From Phoronis australis (taxonomy: Eukaryota; Animalia; Phoronida), in the NCBI GenBank assembly GCA_002633005.1, contig NMRA01000076.1, positions 870,748 to 934,747 of the forward strand: a stretch of DNA of 64,000 nt. Reading direction: 5' to 3'. Positions within the stretch are counted from its first letter, which is position 1; every line of letters begins with the position of its first letter. Positions 1 through 34,100 of the stretch are shown here, in pieces. The notes beneath the pieces are model-generated. The model was given only the letters and a program-made list of their open reading frames with translations, searched no databases and was not told the DNA's origin. Made by a program: the position numbers and the translations under genes.

Positions 1-628
1 GAATCACAGCTTCCGCAACAGTTTCACACTCAAAGACCACATAGCTAACAGATTCGCCTACATGTAATGCACACTGGTGAAAGCTTAAAGAGCATTTAAA
101 TCAGAAATAATGGCATTACTTATTACTAGAGATAAGTATGAAGTGCGAACACAAATTCACAAGTTTTATAAAAAAAACGTTTTTGAGCACTTTTTACAGC
201 TGGCAGGGGATTCAGAAAGGAGAAGCCATTAAAGGTGAAAAAATCTTACATCTTAAACCCTGTCAGGATTTGATTGGCAGGTGAGAGAAACAACAAACTA
301 CACTCACAAGAAAAATGGCAATTGTGAAACTGTAGTCAGAAGGTTGGCAGACAACAGACAGCCTTGTTTATGAAGCTTAAAAATCCTGCAGTAAATTTTA
401 AGCTTAATTGTTGTTTATGCCAGAAGCCATCAAAACATTTAAGATGTTCTTTGTTAAAATTATTCAGTTTCAAGAATGGAAAAATCAATGAGAAATTTTG
501 GAGAAAAATGTGTAAGCTGTTGTTGACCTTAACCTGTGCAAACCTACTCTAGATCTGTCATAAACATATTAATACTTTAATCATCAAATCAAATCAAGAT
601 GTACAATTCAATGAGTGGAAAAATAACT

Positions 629-1390
629 AGGTTTTCCTATCTTGTGTAACAACGCAAAATGCAACGTAAATCATAGACATGTATTATTATTTTGTGAATC
701 AAAAATGGAACACAAATTATAAACATATGTTCCTATCTTGTGTAACATCGCAAAATCTAAAGTAAATTATAAGTATGTATTCCTATATTGCGTAACATCA
801 CAAAATGTAACAAGTATATAACTTATAAACAAATAAAACAGATGCTGGAATGCCATGCAGTACTATTTTGTTTTATTTATATCCACCTTTCGTGACTCAG
901 TGTCATGCCCTTGATAAAGAGTGCACCACTCAAAATATGGGAAATATTTTAATACATTTTAATACTGACGCTCCTCATTTTACTTTTACTATTTTAAATT
1001 ATGAATGTATCAACCGAAACTTGAGTAACATCGCAAAATGTAACGCAAATTATAAATAAGTCTTCCAATCTTGCGTAACATCACAGAATGTAACGTAAAT
1101 TATAAATGTGCATTCCTGTTGTGTGAAACATCACAAAATGTAACAATGTACATTATAAATAAATTATGTTCTTCGATCTTGCATAACATCACAAAATGTA
1201 ATGGAAATTATAAATATGTGTTCCTATCTTGTGGCACATTGCAAAATATAACATAAAATATCTATTTTTATGTTGTGTAATATCACAAAATGTAACGTAA
1301 ATTACAGTCATCTATCCCTACCTTATGTAACATGAATGCTAATCATAAATTCATGTTCCTATCTTGTATAACACCACAAAATATAAATGT
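629..1390. repeat. degenerate ~50-bp minisatellite array, interrupted at ~830-1020
   Basis: About 10 units resembling ttcctatcttgtgtaacatcacaaaatgtaacgtaaattataaatatgt. Confidence 0.85.
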
Positions 1391-2307
1391 ATTATATTTA
1401 CTGGACTTTCTAGAGAAACTTGAGTTACGTCTCATCACGTAAGTAAACCCAGCAACAATCTCGTTTCCATCGTATAATATAACGCTTCATACTGGATGAG
1501 TGATATAATCTCCACAGATAGATCACAAAATGTATTGTATTACTGCAGAGCAACATGAAAGTTAAACAACTAAGTGTTCATTTCCTGATAAGTACATTAC
1601 AAACTTGATCAATAACTTTCTCTTGTGATAAATTACAAAGAAATGACTTCATGGAAAGCCTTGTTTCCTTTCAATATATAAAAACCTCACTCAAGAATCC
1701 CTTTGTTTCCTGTGGACTAGCTCAGTGTGTGAATGTGTTCTTGTTAAATTTTACCACCAGGCGGTGCTAAGAAAGTTCAATATTTATCTGCCAACGAGAC
1801 CTTCAAGCCACTGTCATGATAGCTGGGTTTACTATTGGTATCCATCAACAGCTGTCTGTCACCACCAGGAATTATAGGGAATTTATCGGAAAGTTAGCAA
1901 CTTAAGTGCTATTCTGTATCCTATATGCCAGTATTAAGGCCCAATAAGCGTGTATCCCAAATACCAAATATGCATGTAGGGCCCAAACTATGAATTAAGG
2001 CTTATGCACCCACATCCAAAATACCATATATGCGTGTACTGAGGTCCATGCGATTATCTTCTCAAAGACATCGTTTACTCAAGTGTTTTGCTTACAGGCA
2101 CATGGGCCTAAGTTTCGTTTATAGCTGCAGATGAGTGTCTCTACAGGCAGATACTTTGCTTTAAATACAAACACACCGTGACATATTGTACTCTACAATA
2201 ACACATTAGTATGTCCGTGTGAAACAAGCGTGACTTGGTTTGGATGCGCATTTCCCAGGTTAGTGTACATCTCACATAAGATGTTCTGTTAGGGTCACTT
2301 GTGACAT

Positions 2308-23333
<21,026 letters not shown>

Positions 23334-23399
23334 TTCTGCAACAATAGTCTGAACTATTACAGCATCGTCTGCACCACTTGTTTCGTCTAAATAGTTAAA

Positions 23400-23760
23400 G
23401 TGAACATCAATTTCGTCAGCTGACTTTCCTAAAAATGGCGGTCAATGTGTTTAGGTTTTTCCGCGAAGCATTTACAGTGTTTTTCACAATTTGGTATGCT
23501 GGCTTCGCGTTTGTATTTCAATGTTCATACAAAATACATCAAATTATTTATTTAAATTTACTAAAATAACAAATAAAATACTATATGTCAAAATTAAGAA
23601 TCTAATACTCATAAAATGTACTACTTCAAAGGTTTGAGTTTCACCAAGAAACCTAATTCGTTGTTTAGAGAAACGCGCTTGACCAACGGAAGTGGGGCAG
23701 GTTTTGCAGAGTACTCAAAACACTGAGAAGTCTACTTTACTACTCCAGTGCAAATCATCC
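23400..23760. promoter_or_regulatory. probable shared bidirectional promoter region of BCAS3 and EXOC1
   Basis: Lies between the divergent genes; YY1-type AAAATGGCGG at 23432-23441 and ETS/GABP-type CGGAAGTG at 23687-23694 flank an AT-rich spacer. Confidence 0.55.
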
Positions 23761-25000
23761 GATCATTCACGCTTGCTAAGCATGAAGAAGCTACTTGCGA
23801 CTTGAAATTCTTGCTCTTGTCGGTAATGTTTCAAGGCCTCGGATTTCAGGATTCAATATGCATTTTCACTTAAACTTTTAGTCACTGTTTCACTTGCACT
23901 GACTTGCAGGTTTGTGGTGTAGGCCAATTGTCGTGAGTAGTCCTACTCCTAGTGCCGTGGCAGTAGTTGCAGTTTTCACCCTCTAGACAGTGACCACCGT
24001 CCATAGATGGCCCCAGTTGTGATGTCTGAAGCTTTTTGGCGAATTATGCCTCACAGTGATTAAAACATCAAAGTCTCACCATTATAAATATCAGTAAAAT
24101 GTCTGAAACAAACATCTGTTTCTTTTACAGAATGCAGAGAAACTAGTTAAGCGATGCAGTATTTCATTTTCAAACAAAGCGCCGCATAATGCGCAGAACG
24201 CTCATGTGATTGGTCCACAGATTACTGATCAGGGACAACAGAATCAGGAATTCTTTGTTACCCATTTGTCTAAGCTAGATGTCATTCATTTGTTACTTGA
24301 GGTTGGGGTTTTGTCTTGGTCATTTACAGTTAGTAGAAATTTCTGCACCAGGTCATCAGGAATCAAATCTGGACCAGCCAAGCTTGGTTTCCAGAGAGTT
24401 TGAGCTCTCGCATAAGAGCGATCCTTGGAGTTGTGTGTAGAAACTGAATTCGGCTTTCAATTAATTTGTAGAGCTAGGAGTCATTTCTGGAACTACACCC
24501 CCCAAATGTATGGCCACAAGTACGGGCTCTTTTTTAAATCCAAATGTAGGCCAATGAGCATACTTTTGCAGCCATATATAATTTTTCTCTCAGGGTTTGT
24601 TGGATTTCCAAAACAAACTACATAAAAAACGATGCTTTAAATAGTCATATTTACAGTCAGGTAGTCATCAATTTAGTCATTTTTTCTTTTACAGGCCCTC
24701 GTGTAAAAACATGCCCGTGCTTACTTTCAGGTACCAGAATTGTAAAAATGCAGCGTCTTCTAAATAAATGCTCTGGGGCTTGCTATTAGAAATTTCCTGA
24801 CAAGTCTGTACTTTGTGAGTTTCACGTGATGCAATACTTAAGTACGATAGCCATGTGTCCCCAAATTACGTTTTTATGTTAGGAGTTGTATCATTCCACA
24901 TTAAAAATCACACTATTGAAACAGAATGGGATCATTTGACACAGTGGGGATAGTCAACTTAACTCAACTGTGTTTTCTACACATTCCAGATAATTTCAAA

Positions 25001-25130
25001 ATGGCTGCCATTAAGCACACCCTTCAGAGAGAGGTCTTCCTGCCTTTTGATGAACGACTGGTCAGCTTTGTGCACGTCACTAAAAACAAACCTAGCAAGA
25101 AGAAGAAGGCTAGTTTCCTGTGTGTAGCAG
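25001..25130 (+). CDS. EXOC1: EXOC1 coding exon 1
   Basis: [20 protein letters not shown]...ASFLCVA; upstream acceptor ttccag (24989) implies a 5'UTR exon; donor gtgggt. Confidence 0.92.
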
Positions 25131-28100
25131 GTGGGTTTATCATCACCAAAGTGTCTGCATTGTGCTGCAGTTGTCTGAATACAGACTTAAGGTATTAGGA
25201 GCTGACCTTATGTCTGAAGACCTAATTTAATTTCGACCGCTTACATTAATTTTAGCCTCAGTGAGGAGGCAGTGTGGCCTAGTGTGATAGGTGTCCGCTT
25301 GCTTTACCCGAGGTCATGGGTTCGAGTCCCACTTGGTCACATTGCTAAACCCTTGAGTCAAGTTTCTAGCTCCTCAGCTTGGTTTTATCTTTATAAAGTA
25401 TAGCATAAAAATGGTTCTAGGTGGTAAGTGGTATGGGCCCACATGCGCGGCCTGCGCACATCTGGTAAAATGTGTATCAGACCACCTGCAATTATTTTTT
25501 ATAAATTAGCCTCAGTATTGTTCTTTATTCAGTCTAGAAGGTATTTCTAGGCTGTGGAACAACTGACAGTTTGTTTTGCTTGAGACTAGGCTGAATGAGT
25601 GGGCTTGACCCCATGTTATGCGGCAAGTATAGCCTCAAACAATAATTTACTGCGAAGTCTTTCCTGGCCCATTTGAGAACAATTTTTCAACAGTAAATGG
25701 TCTGAATCATGAGATAGGCAGTAGGCAAGTTCATGGGAACTTTAATGGGTGACTTGACATTCACTAAGTTGGTTGGACTAATACAAAAAGGTTCTTCTTT
25801 TTGACATATGAATAGATTGAGAGTAGAAAGCAGTAAGGCGAATCATCAACATGGGGCTTTTGTGGGGTAATGGTCCCGAGTGACCACCTGTGTATGCATG
25901 TCACTGTATTTCTACGAGTAGGACCATTCTTGCACTTATGCCACTTAGTGATTTTCGAGTTGCCAATTCTTCTTTGCCTTGTTCATCACTGAGTTATTTA
26001 CCAAAAATGCACTGCTTTAATTGGTCATCAGTCAGTTTATATGTATTTTGGCCAAGTGTGGTCGGGACCTAGGATTTGTGTTTCCATCCCAACTGAGTGT
26101 ACCGATTAACTCTAATTCAACTGCATTTAGAATTCAATTGTTGTTTCCGGTATATCAACTGTATTAGCCGTAGAAATGAACTCAGGTTATCATGTTGGAC
26201 ACTCATCCCTCAAATGCCCCTTCCAGATGTACTGTTTTCTGCTCTCAGCTCATTCAGATGTTACAAAGAGGACATTTTCTTCACTAGCACCATCTGGTGA
26301 GAACAAGACAACCTTTGATGCATTCTGATGTACACCAAAGTGCCACTGGTACTTTACAAACTATTTGTTCATTGCCATTCACCGTATTAACCCCTTCAGT
26401 GACCACAGAGAAGCCGGTACAAGCATCTATTTACCAAGTGAAGAAGTCAGACAAGGCGGACACGTACAAGAAGAAGGCATCATGGATGTTAAGAGAACTG
26501 AAACTGGTGGATGGCAAGGATTCCATCAAGGTATAAATATCTTGGTCTTTTTCTAGTGTGTCGTCATTATATCAGAATCTTTCGTTAAATGTTTGAAGCC
26601 CAGGGCCTTTTCACTAATCCTTCATCGTACTGTGCATTGCTTTTCAAAACTGAGTCGATTTGTCTACCTTCAAAGTACAATTTAACTCCATTGCAGGAGA
26701 GCTCCGAGTTTGACCTTCACTTTGAGAAGGCCTACAGGTGGATAGCCAGCAGCAGCCTTGAGAAGGATGCGTTCATCACATGTCTGTGGAAGTTATCTCA
26801 GAGATATCTCATACAGAAACCAACCTTCTCTAATGTGTCTCAGCAGCTATTGGAAGGTTTGTGGAATATAATCCAGATCATGCTGACTGTAGTTTATATA
26901 AATATCATTTTTATCTCGGTTAATCTCTTTTGGTTGGCATAACTTTTACGGAACTGCTTAACTTTCTAGGTTTTCAACTCAACTTTATGCTGTAAGGACA
27001 AATGCCCTTTGGCAGGCCTTTGTAAATACCCTTAGGCTTATATGTGGAACTTCAAATCTGGTGTGAACAGTGCGCCTTAAGAACACTAACTCATCTATAA
27101 TCCTCTTAAAAGTATTATCTGTCTCTTGCTTGTGAAGGCATTTAGCAAAACTCTCTTAGCCTCAACCTGACCTTACGAAAATGCACACTTGCCATAGCTT
27201 ATCTCGGTCTAACACCCACTTACTGACTACACTAGATCGCATCATTAACTCTTCCGTTGTGCTGTACCTTCAGAAACTTCCCAAAAAGATGACAGTAAGG
27301 CAACCCTTCCCGATGAGATGTCTGCCGTAGATGAAGACTACCAAGTGTTGTCTCCCAAGGAGGAGTCCGACCTGGAATCCATGATGACTAGGTGCGAGTT
27401 TGCCATCACCAATGCAGAGAGGTTCGCTGAAGAGCTGGCCAAGGACTTAAGTGTTTTAGATGGTGTAAGTAGAGACAATAAGTGTTTGAAACCGCCATGA
27501 ACCCTGTTTTGGTGTTGAAAGTATAATCATGGTTCACAGGCGTGTTTAGTCAGTATGTTGTTAACAGTGTTTGATCTTGAAAGTTATGTACAGCGACACG
27601 CCAGGTCAAAGTGGGAAGTCTCCGAATTAAGGTTTGTGACAGAGGTTTCAGTGAGTTTTACTAAATAATAGTCCTCTCTGTAATGGTGTGCTAAATAAGA
27701 GTAGAGCTACCGCCGTGCATAAAGGTCTCTAAAGTGCACTCCCCACTTGAGGTTTTTAGCGTTTCCAAGTTGCCACTGTATATGGCTTAAAACAACATTT
27801 CAAAACTAAAAACAATTTGTAAATGGTTGCCATTTTGTACAAACGCGTACAACTTATGATGCCCAGTACATCGGTATTGTGTCTATTTCTTAGGCTAATA
27901 TTCACTCTATCATGGAATCTGAAGACCAGGTGATAGAACTGATGAAGTTACTTGACAGTGCAATAGTGGAGGCCAATAAGGTGGAAGTACAATTGGCCGG
28001 TTATGACGACATACTAGTGGTTTGTACTTTCCTTTTCTTTCATTGTAATGAGATAATTGCACAAGTGCGCTAAAAAAATTTCGATTTACTGCAAGATGAA

Positions 28101-31100
28101 TTTCTCTTTTTCCATACGCTTATTGCATGAATCACACATTTGCAACAAACAATTCTCATCATTGCCTTTGAAATTTTTGTTGTTCCAAAATATGGCAAAG
28201 TCCACTAAGTACATTGTTTTGTTGACTTTTTCTAATACCCCTGTACTGAAAATTTCTATAAAGCATGTCCCACTCAGTCTTCTTTGCCTTTGATTGGTAT
28301 GTTGGGGGTTTTGAAAATCGGCGTTTTGTGTTGGTGTTTACTGTTATTGGAGACCGTGATATCCATGATATATTGCTGTTTGCTCGACAGAATGTGAAGG
28401 ATCAGATGGATATCATGAAACATAAAGACACATTGATTCAAGTGCAGAATAGTAATCACCAGAAACTGTTGACCGAACTGGAGTCTCTTGTGGTAAGCTG
28501 TTAACAAGAGCTTCATTGATGGGGTGTAAAGGAACTGTGTTTGGGGATTAATGTAGTTTCCCTAAATTTGGTCATTTTGTTAATTAGTAAAGCGTTTCTT
28601 GCTATCAAATTGATAATATTTGTAAATAAATGTTCTCAGTTGTTTGCAAAGCTTCAATCTACCCACCATTTCGTATGACTTTTAGTTGCCACATTAATAA
28701 TATGATTTTAAATATTATTATTAACTGTGTACTTTTTCTCTTGGGACTCTGCTGGAAAGTAGACTTTCTTTAAGTAGGCAACCACTGAAAAATAAATAAA
28801 TATGTAAATAACACAAACTGAATGAATGACAAGTTAACAGTCATCTGGTAATTTTGTGCAGAAAAGCCTTGATCTTCAACACAAGCACACCAAAGCTCTG
28901 GTTGATGGTGACCTCGCCTCACCACAAGGTGTCTCTGAGTGCACTATGGCTGCCAGTAAGTTACAGGAGTCTATGGCGGCCAAGATTCATCCGGCATTAT
29001 CCAAGATGCAGGCTGTCCAAGAACAGATGGACAGATTTGACAAGTACAAGACAAGTTTTGCCAAGCGTCTCTCTCATCACCTCAACAATTTATTCATTCA
29101 CCAGGTATATTAAGTTGTCAGAAACGTCCAGAGTACTTTTAAATTGCTATGTATCAAAATAGTAAATGAATTTACTGTAGAAGGAAAAGAATGCGGTTTT
29201 CCTTTTCTGTGAAAACTCATGTGGCAATTCCTGCGTTATTAGCCCTGGTCCTTTACAAGACTAGCAGCATGATATCTCGACTCATGCAACTACAAATTTT
29301 AAATATTGAACGTTTTGGTGTTTACATTATTTACGTAATTTAATTTGACCTCATTCAACTTTGGAAATAGATGTCCAGTGTTGTTCCAGCAAACTCTCTA
29401 TGTTGGTGTATTGCTTGTATGGTTAGCAGCTCAGGGTTGTGTCATACCAAGACGGCTCTCCGTCTAGTCTCAAAAACGGAATAAAACAGTCTAGGTGTTG
29501 TACAGTCGAATCCTATTCTGCTCCTTCAAAGTATTGAGATAGGCTCAGAAGTGTCTTGAGACCAAGTTGGGTGGGACAGGGCCTTTTCAAAAACACTACT
29601 AAGATCTTGTGTTGCTGTATGAAGATCATCTTTTGTTATCTTAATAGGCATGTAAAACATGTGCTATTTGTAATGCATTATGTTGTGTTATTGTGGAATG
29701 TTGCCAACAAAAATACATCACTTTCAAACTGATTACGTCTTATTGAAACACCCTTTATACCCAAGTATCGGATTCTATGCTATTTTCCTTGTTGCCAGGG
29801 CAATGAGCTGGGGGAGACTTTGCGGCGCCAGTCGACGGACATGCACCTAGTACCGCACCATGTCTGTCACAAGGATCTGATGCTCTATGCCGAATTGATG
29901 GCCTGGCTGAAGAAGGCTGACCAGCAAAGCTTCACATCACTGACCAGGGTCTACACGGACAGCCTGAGTAAACTGTATGATCGCGAAATCAAGGAGTTTA
30001 TGGAGCTAGGGCGACAGAGGGTCATGGCTAAAGGCGAGAAGAAACTAGGTGGGTGCTGTCCCTGATAGTAGACTTAACTTTAAATGAAGGTGTGCTGCTA
30101 GAGATTTAAAATATCGTTACCAACTTCCACAATCATGATCGTTCTCCTCTTCACTCCCTTATATCACCATTTTTTTCTTCCCCAGTCAACTGATTGCTCT
30201 GCAAGTTGCTATTTATGGGACAGATAGCGTGCCTTGAAATGGATCTGCTACTGTCATTTGTTTCTCTCATTACAGCCACTTTGACTAATCCCGGCACTAA
30301 ACTCACCGACTCGTCGAGTAGCCTCAACAAGCCTGCCGCAGACAAGGCTCGCTCAGCTTCTATGCATAGTCTGGACTCCAAGGACTCGTTCCAGGGGTCA
30401 ATGGGCTCTGACCTTGATTTGTCCTTTAGGGGCAAATATGACCAGGTAACAGTTCAACAACTTGTGCCTAAACTAAGTGAAATTAACATAACAGATGCTT
30501 TGTTGAAGAGTCGCTGTCTTTTGATAAGTGGGGGTTGTGGACAAATCGAGAGAAGGCACTAGGTGGAGCTGCTGGTTATACACTGAGCACGTTCTTAGTG
30601 TGAATGAGACCTTGGATATAAATAAATGCAGAATGATTTCATGGGTTTTACAACATGTAATTAAAAAGAAGTTAAGTTAGCAATTGTTCGAATGTTTCAC
30701 TGGGTTTGCCTCCGTCGCCTTGGAGATATGACGTTTTTTTACCTTTTGTGAACTGAGTGTAGCATGGGCCATAGGCCATAAAGTCGTTTTATCGTAACAT
30801 TTGAGCGAGTGATTAAAGTTTATCAACTTGTAAAAATTGATAGCCGTTGTGTTTTGCAGCACAGGTCACAATTTTTTATGCAGCCAGTTTGAAATGGGTT
30901 GCCTACCAGTCATCGACTGGCAAGAGAAATAGCCGACAGGTCTGTTAATTTTTAGGAGACCGGCAGCAGACCACACTACTGACTTCAGTCAATATGGCCG
31001 CCGAAGTACGAACATCACCAATCTGATGTGAAAGCTAACTCCTAAGCATGTACAGAGTAACTGCTGACTGAGGATATTCTTGTAATCTAAATCAGTTGTC

Positions 31101-34100
31101 CAAAGTTAGGCAACCGGATTTCCGGCCCATTTGAAGTTTGCAGTGGCGACCTAGCTAACAATTCCCTCAGACTATTGCTTGATGTCTTGTTGGAGTCGGC
31201 AAGGCAGCCAGTTAGCAACCAGTCAGTGACTTGTTGCTGACCAGTCAGATAAAAAATTGTGACCTGTCCTGCATGTTGGCTATTGATAACCAATTTTCAG
31301 TTTCGCTCATCAAGTGTGGCAGTCAGGAACTTTGTAAGAAAGAAGCGTGTTGTAAGCAAGATATTGAGGTCAAACCTTGAGTTTTTGTGTTGTGTTGAAT
31401 TTCTTTTTTATGAGTTACTGCTGGAATGTTATGCTGGTTATGACTTATATTTCTTTGAATTGCGTTATTGCACGATACGTGAAATAGACACCCCATCCCA
31501 GTCAGAAATTATTATCTTGCACATTACGGTGAAAATCATACTCTACTTTTGAGGAGCCTTAAAATTTCCAGAGGAAAATTCTTAAACTGTCAGAGCGCAG
31601 TCTCAGTAAAACTACGGTCTTGAAAATTCAAATTTACTAGTATAACCTGATTCATTAGCATGATTCTTCACCACTCATGAACTTGGCTTCAAGTCAGTTT
31701 GTGGCAAAATTATCAGGCAATTATATCCGATTTCTGACTTTTCTCAGTTTTCTGCGCAATGTCAGGTATAACTTCACCAAAACTAAATGACTTTGACTTT
31801 GCATTTTGTGAAAACCTGTCGCAGTTGTATTGTCTACTGGCTTAGGGCTGACCAAATTAGATAACTGTGTAATTATTATGTTTAATATTTCAGATTTCTG
31901 TGCGTTTTACGCTTATTATTTAAAATTTTTGTACATTTATGTTTAACATTTCAGATTTTTGAGAAAGTGTTGGCAGAGCTGGAACCCTTTTGTCTGGCAG
32001 AACAAGACTTCTGTATAAAGTTCTTCCACCTATCCATCAACTTACCTGGTGACAAGGCTCAGGTATTTATTGTTGCTGAGCAGACTACACTTGTCTGGTG
32101 TTCCATACTCTTGATTATGCTAGCAAGGGTTATATCCCCTGGAATAGCGTTACCCCCCCCTCCCCGCAATAGTGTCAATTAACTGTGCTGAATGTGAAAT
32201 TTATGAGTTGGTTTTACTGTTTGTTAAGGGAGCAGAATTTTAAAGCTCCGTTTCAGAAACAAATGCCGTTTGAAAATTGGTTGCTTTTCTTTAATTAATT
32301 ACCAGCTCGTCAAATTACGATAAATTGAGGTAATACAGTTTGAATACTGATGATTGTATTATTGACAAGATTGGCAGTTCAACTGGTTGTATTTGATAAA
32401 TAGTTCATAACTTAATCAAGCTCTTCATTTACATAATGGCAAATATGGTAGTGGTTGTCATTTTGTTTTGAAACTGTTTTCCGCAGGCTGTGAAATCAAA
32501 GAGAAAATTATCTGAAACTGGAAAAGATGACAAAATGAGGAAGTTGTCGGAGGCTTCAGAGTGAGTACTTTATCATTTTGACAATGGTAGTGAAGGTTGT
32601 TGTCTCTTCACCTCCCCAGAAAATCTTGCATTCCCAACTGCTACCCACGGAGCCATCTTTTCAATACTGCAAGACTCTTGGAATTATTCCCAACTGTCTT
32701 TTACTTTTAATTAATTTTCACACATGTCAGTTTGTGCAACCAGTCTGAAGCAGTAAATGAGATTCTAAGAAGGACTAATCTGTTTCTAGCAGTGGGCAAG
32801 TGTAAGGTGAGAAGTGGATGAGAGGCAATAAAACTGGCTTTTAATCATCGGATAGGCATCAACTTTTAAGGACTGTTCAATGATGACAATTTCCAGACAA
32901 GCTCACTTTAAGTTACAAGCATATTATCCTGTTTACAGGATATGAGGTTATGACAGCACATAAAATCTCTTTAACAACAATTGAGTCATGACCAAACCCT
33001 GCTATCCTCCGTTTCAATTACCACTTAAGTTGATGACCAAACCACCGCTATGCTCCTTGGATGCTGTGATAAAACTGTGTTCATCTGTTCACAGCCCGTC
33101 TTGCTAGAGATGACAAATTCAACTGGGCCATAAGATTGTGTTTTGGGCATTACACTATATTAAGTGCAGTTAGAGGCCTTGTCGGAGTCTGTTAAATTGA
33201 TTTACATTTCAAACAAACTATCACTTTGCTGATTTTTGGTAAATGGGAATAATTTGGTCCCGTTATGTTTTATTGTCCCCTTTGATCCCTACTGGCATCT
33301 CAAGGAAGACAAGTTACATAATGTTCAGTAATATTTAATCATACTTAATTCGTAGTGCTTTTGGAAATTAAACCAACCCAAATTTAGTGATAAACATTCT
33401 TGATAAAGTCATTTTTTCCGAGGTAGAAAGCTGTCATCATTTTGTCAGTAAAGTTGTGTAGCAAGTCTTCCAACTGTTGTAGAACCACACATCTAGAACT
33501 GTCCTCAAACACCAGGTATAGCTCATGTCTACTAAGTTGTCGGTCGTCCCTGTTTTGTGTAATAACGTCATTGATTGTTTTGTGTGTGTTCATGCAGTAT
33601 CTTGTTGAGTCTTGTTGCGTCTACTTGACATGGAATTTTTCGTTAAAACATTAGTTTGCTTTTTGCTGTAGTCAATCGATTTTGCATTTGGTGCGTTACG
33701 CATACTTCTTAATTATTTCTTTTATTTACTACTGTTTACTCTAAAAACCATTAACAGAATGTCAGTTTTGAAACAATGTTAAATGAGAAGTGTTTTTGTC
33801 TTTGCTTAAGATTTCCAAAAATCACGGGAATCATTGAATATTCAGAGATTTTGAATTCATTTCACCATAACCACTAATATAGTGCAGTAATTACCTTTTG
33901 TGTTTGCACCTTGTTTGTACGTCAAAGATGTTTGAGTTGAGTTGAGCTGAGCCATTCAGTTTTGTTAGCACGCAAGACGGTACTGAGTTTTACCTGTTTG
34001 TAATTTGCTGCATGCACCCAGAAGTCCTAGTCCAATATGGGAGAGGAGGACGTTCTCCTACGAGGAGGCAGACGGTGCCTTGTTAAGTACACCCGCACCG

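Noticed and set aside
25263-25345. tRNA gene
   Set aside because: A and B boxes are present but there is no proper cloverleaf; the SINE body and TSD explain it.
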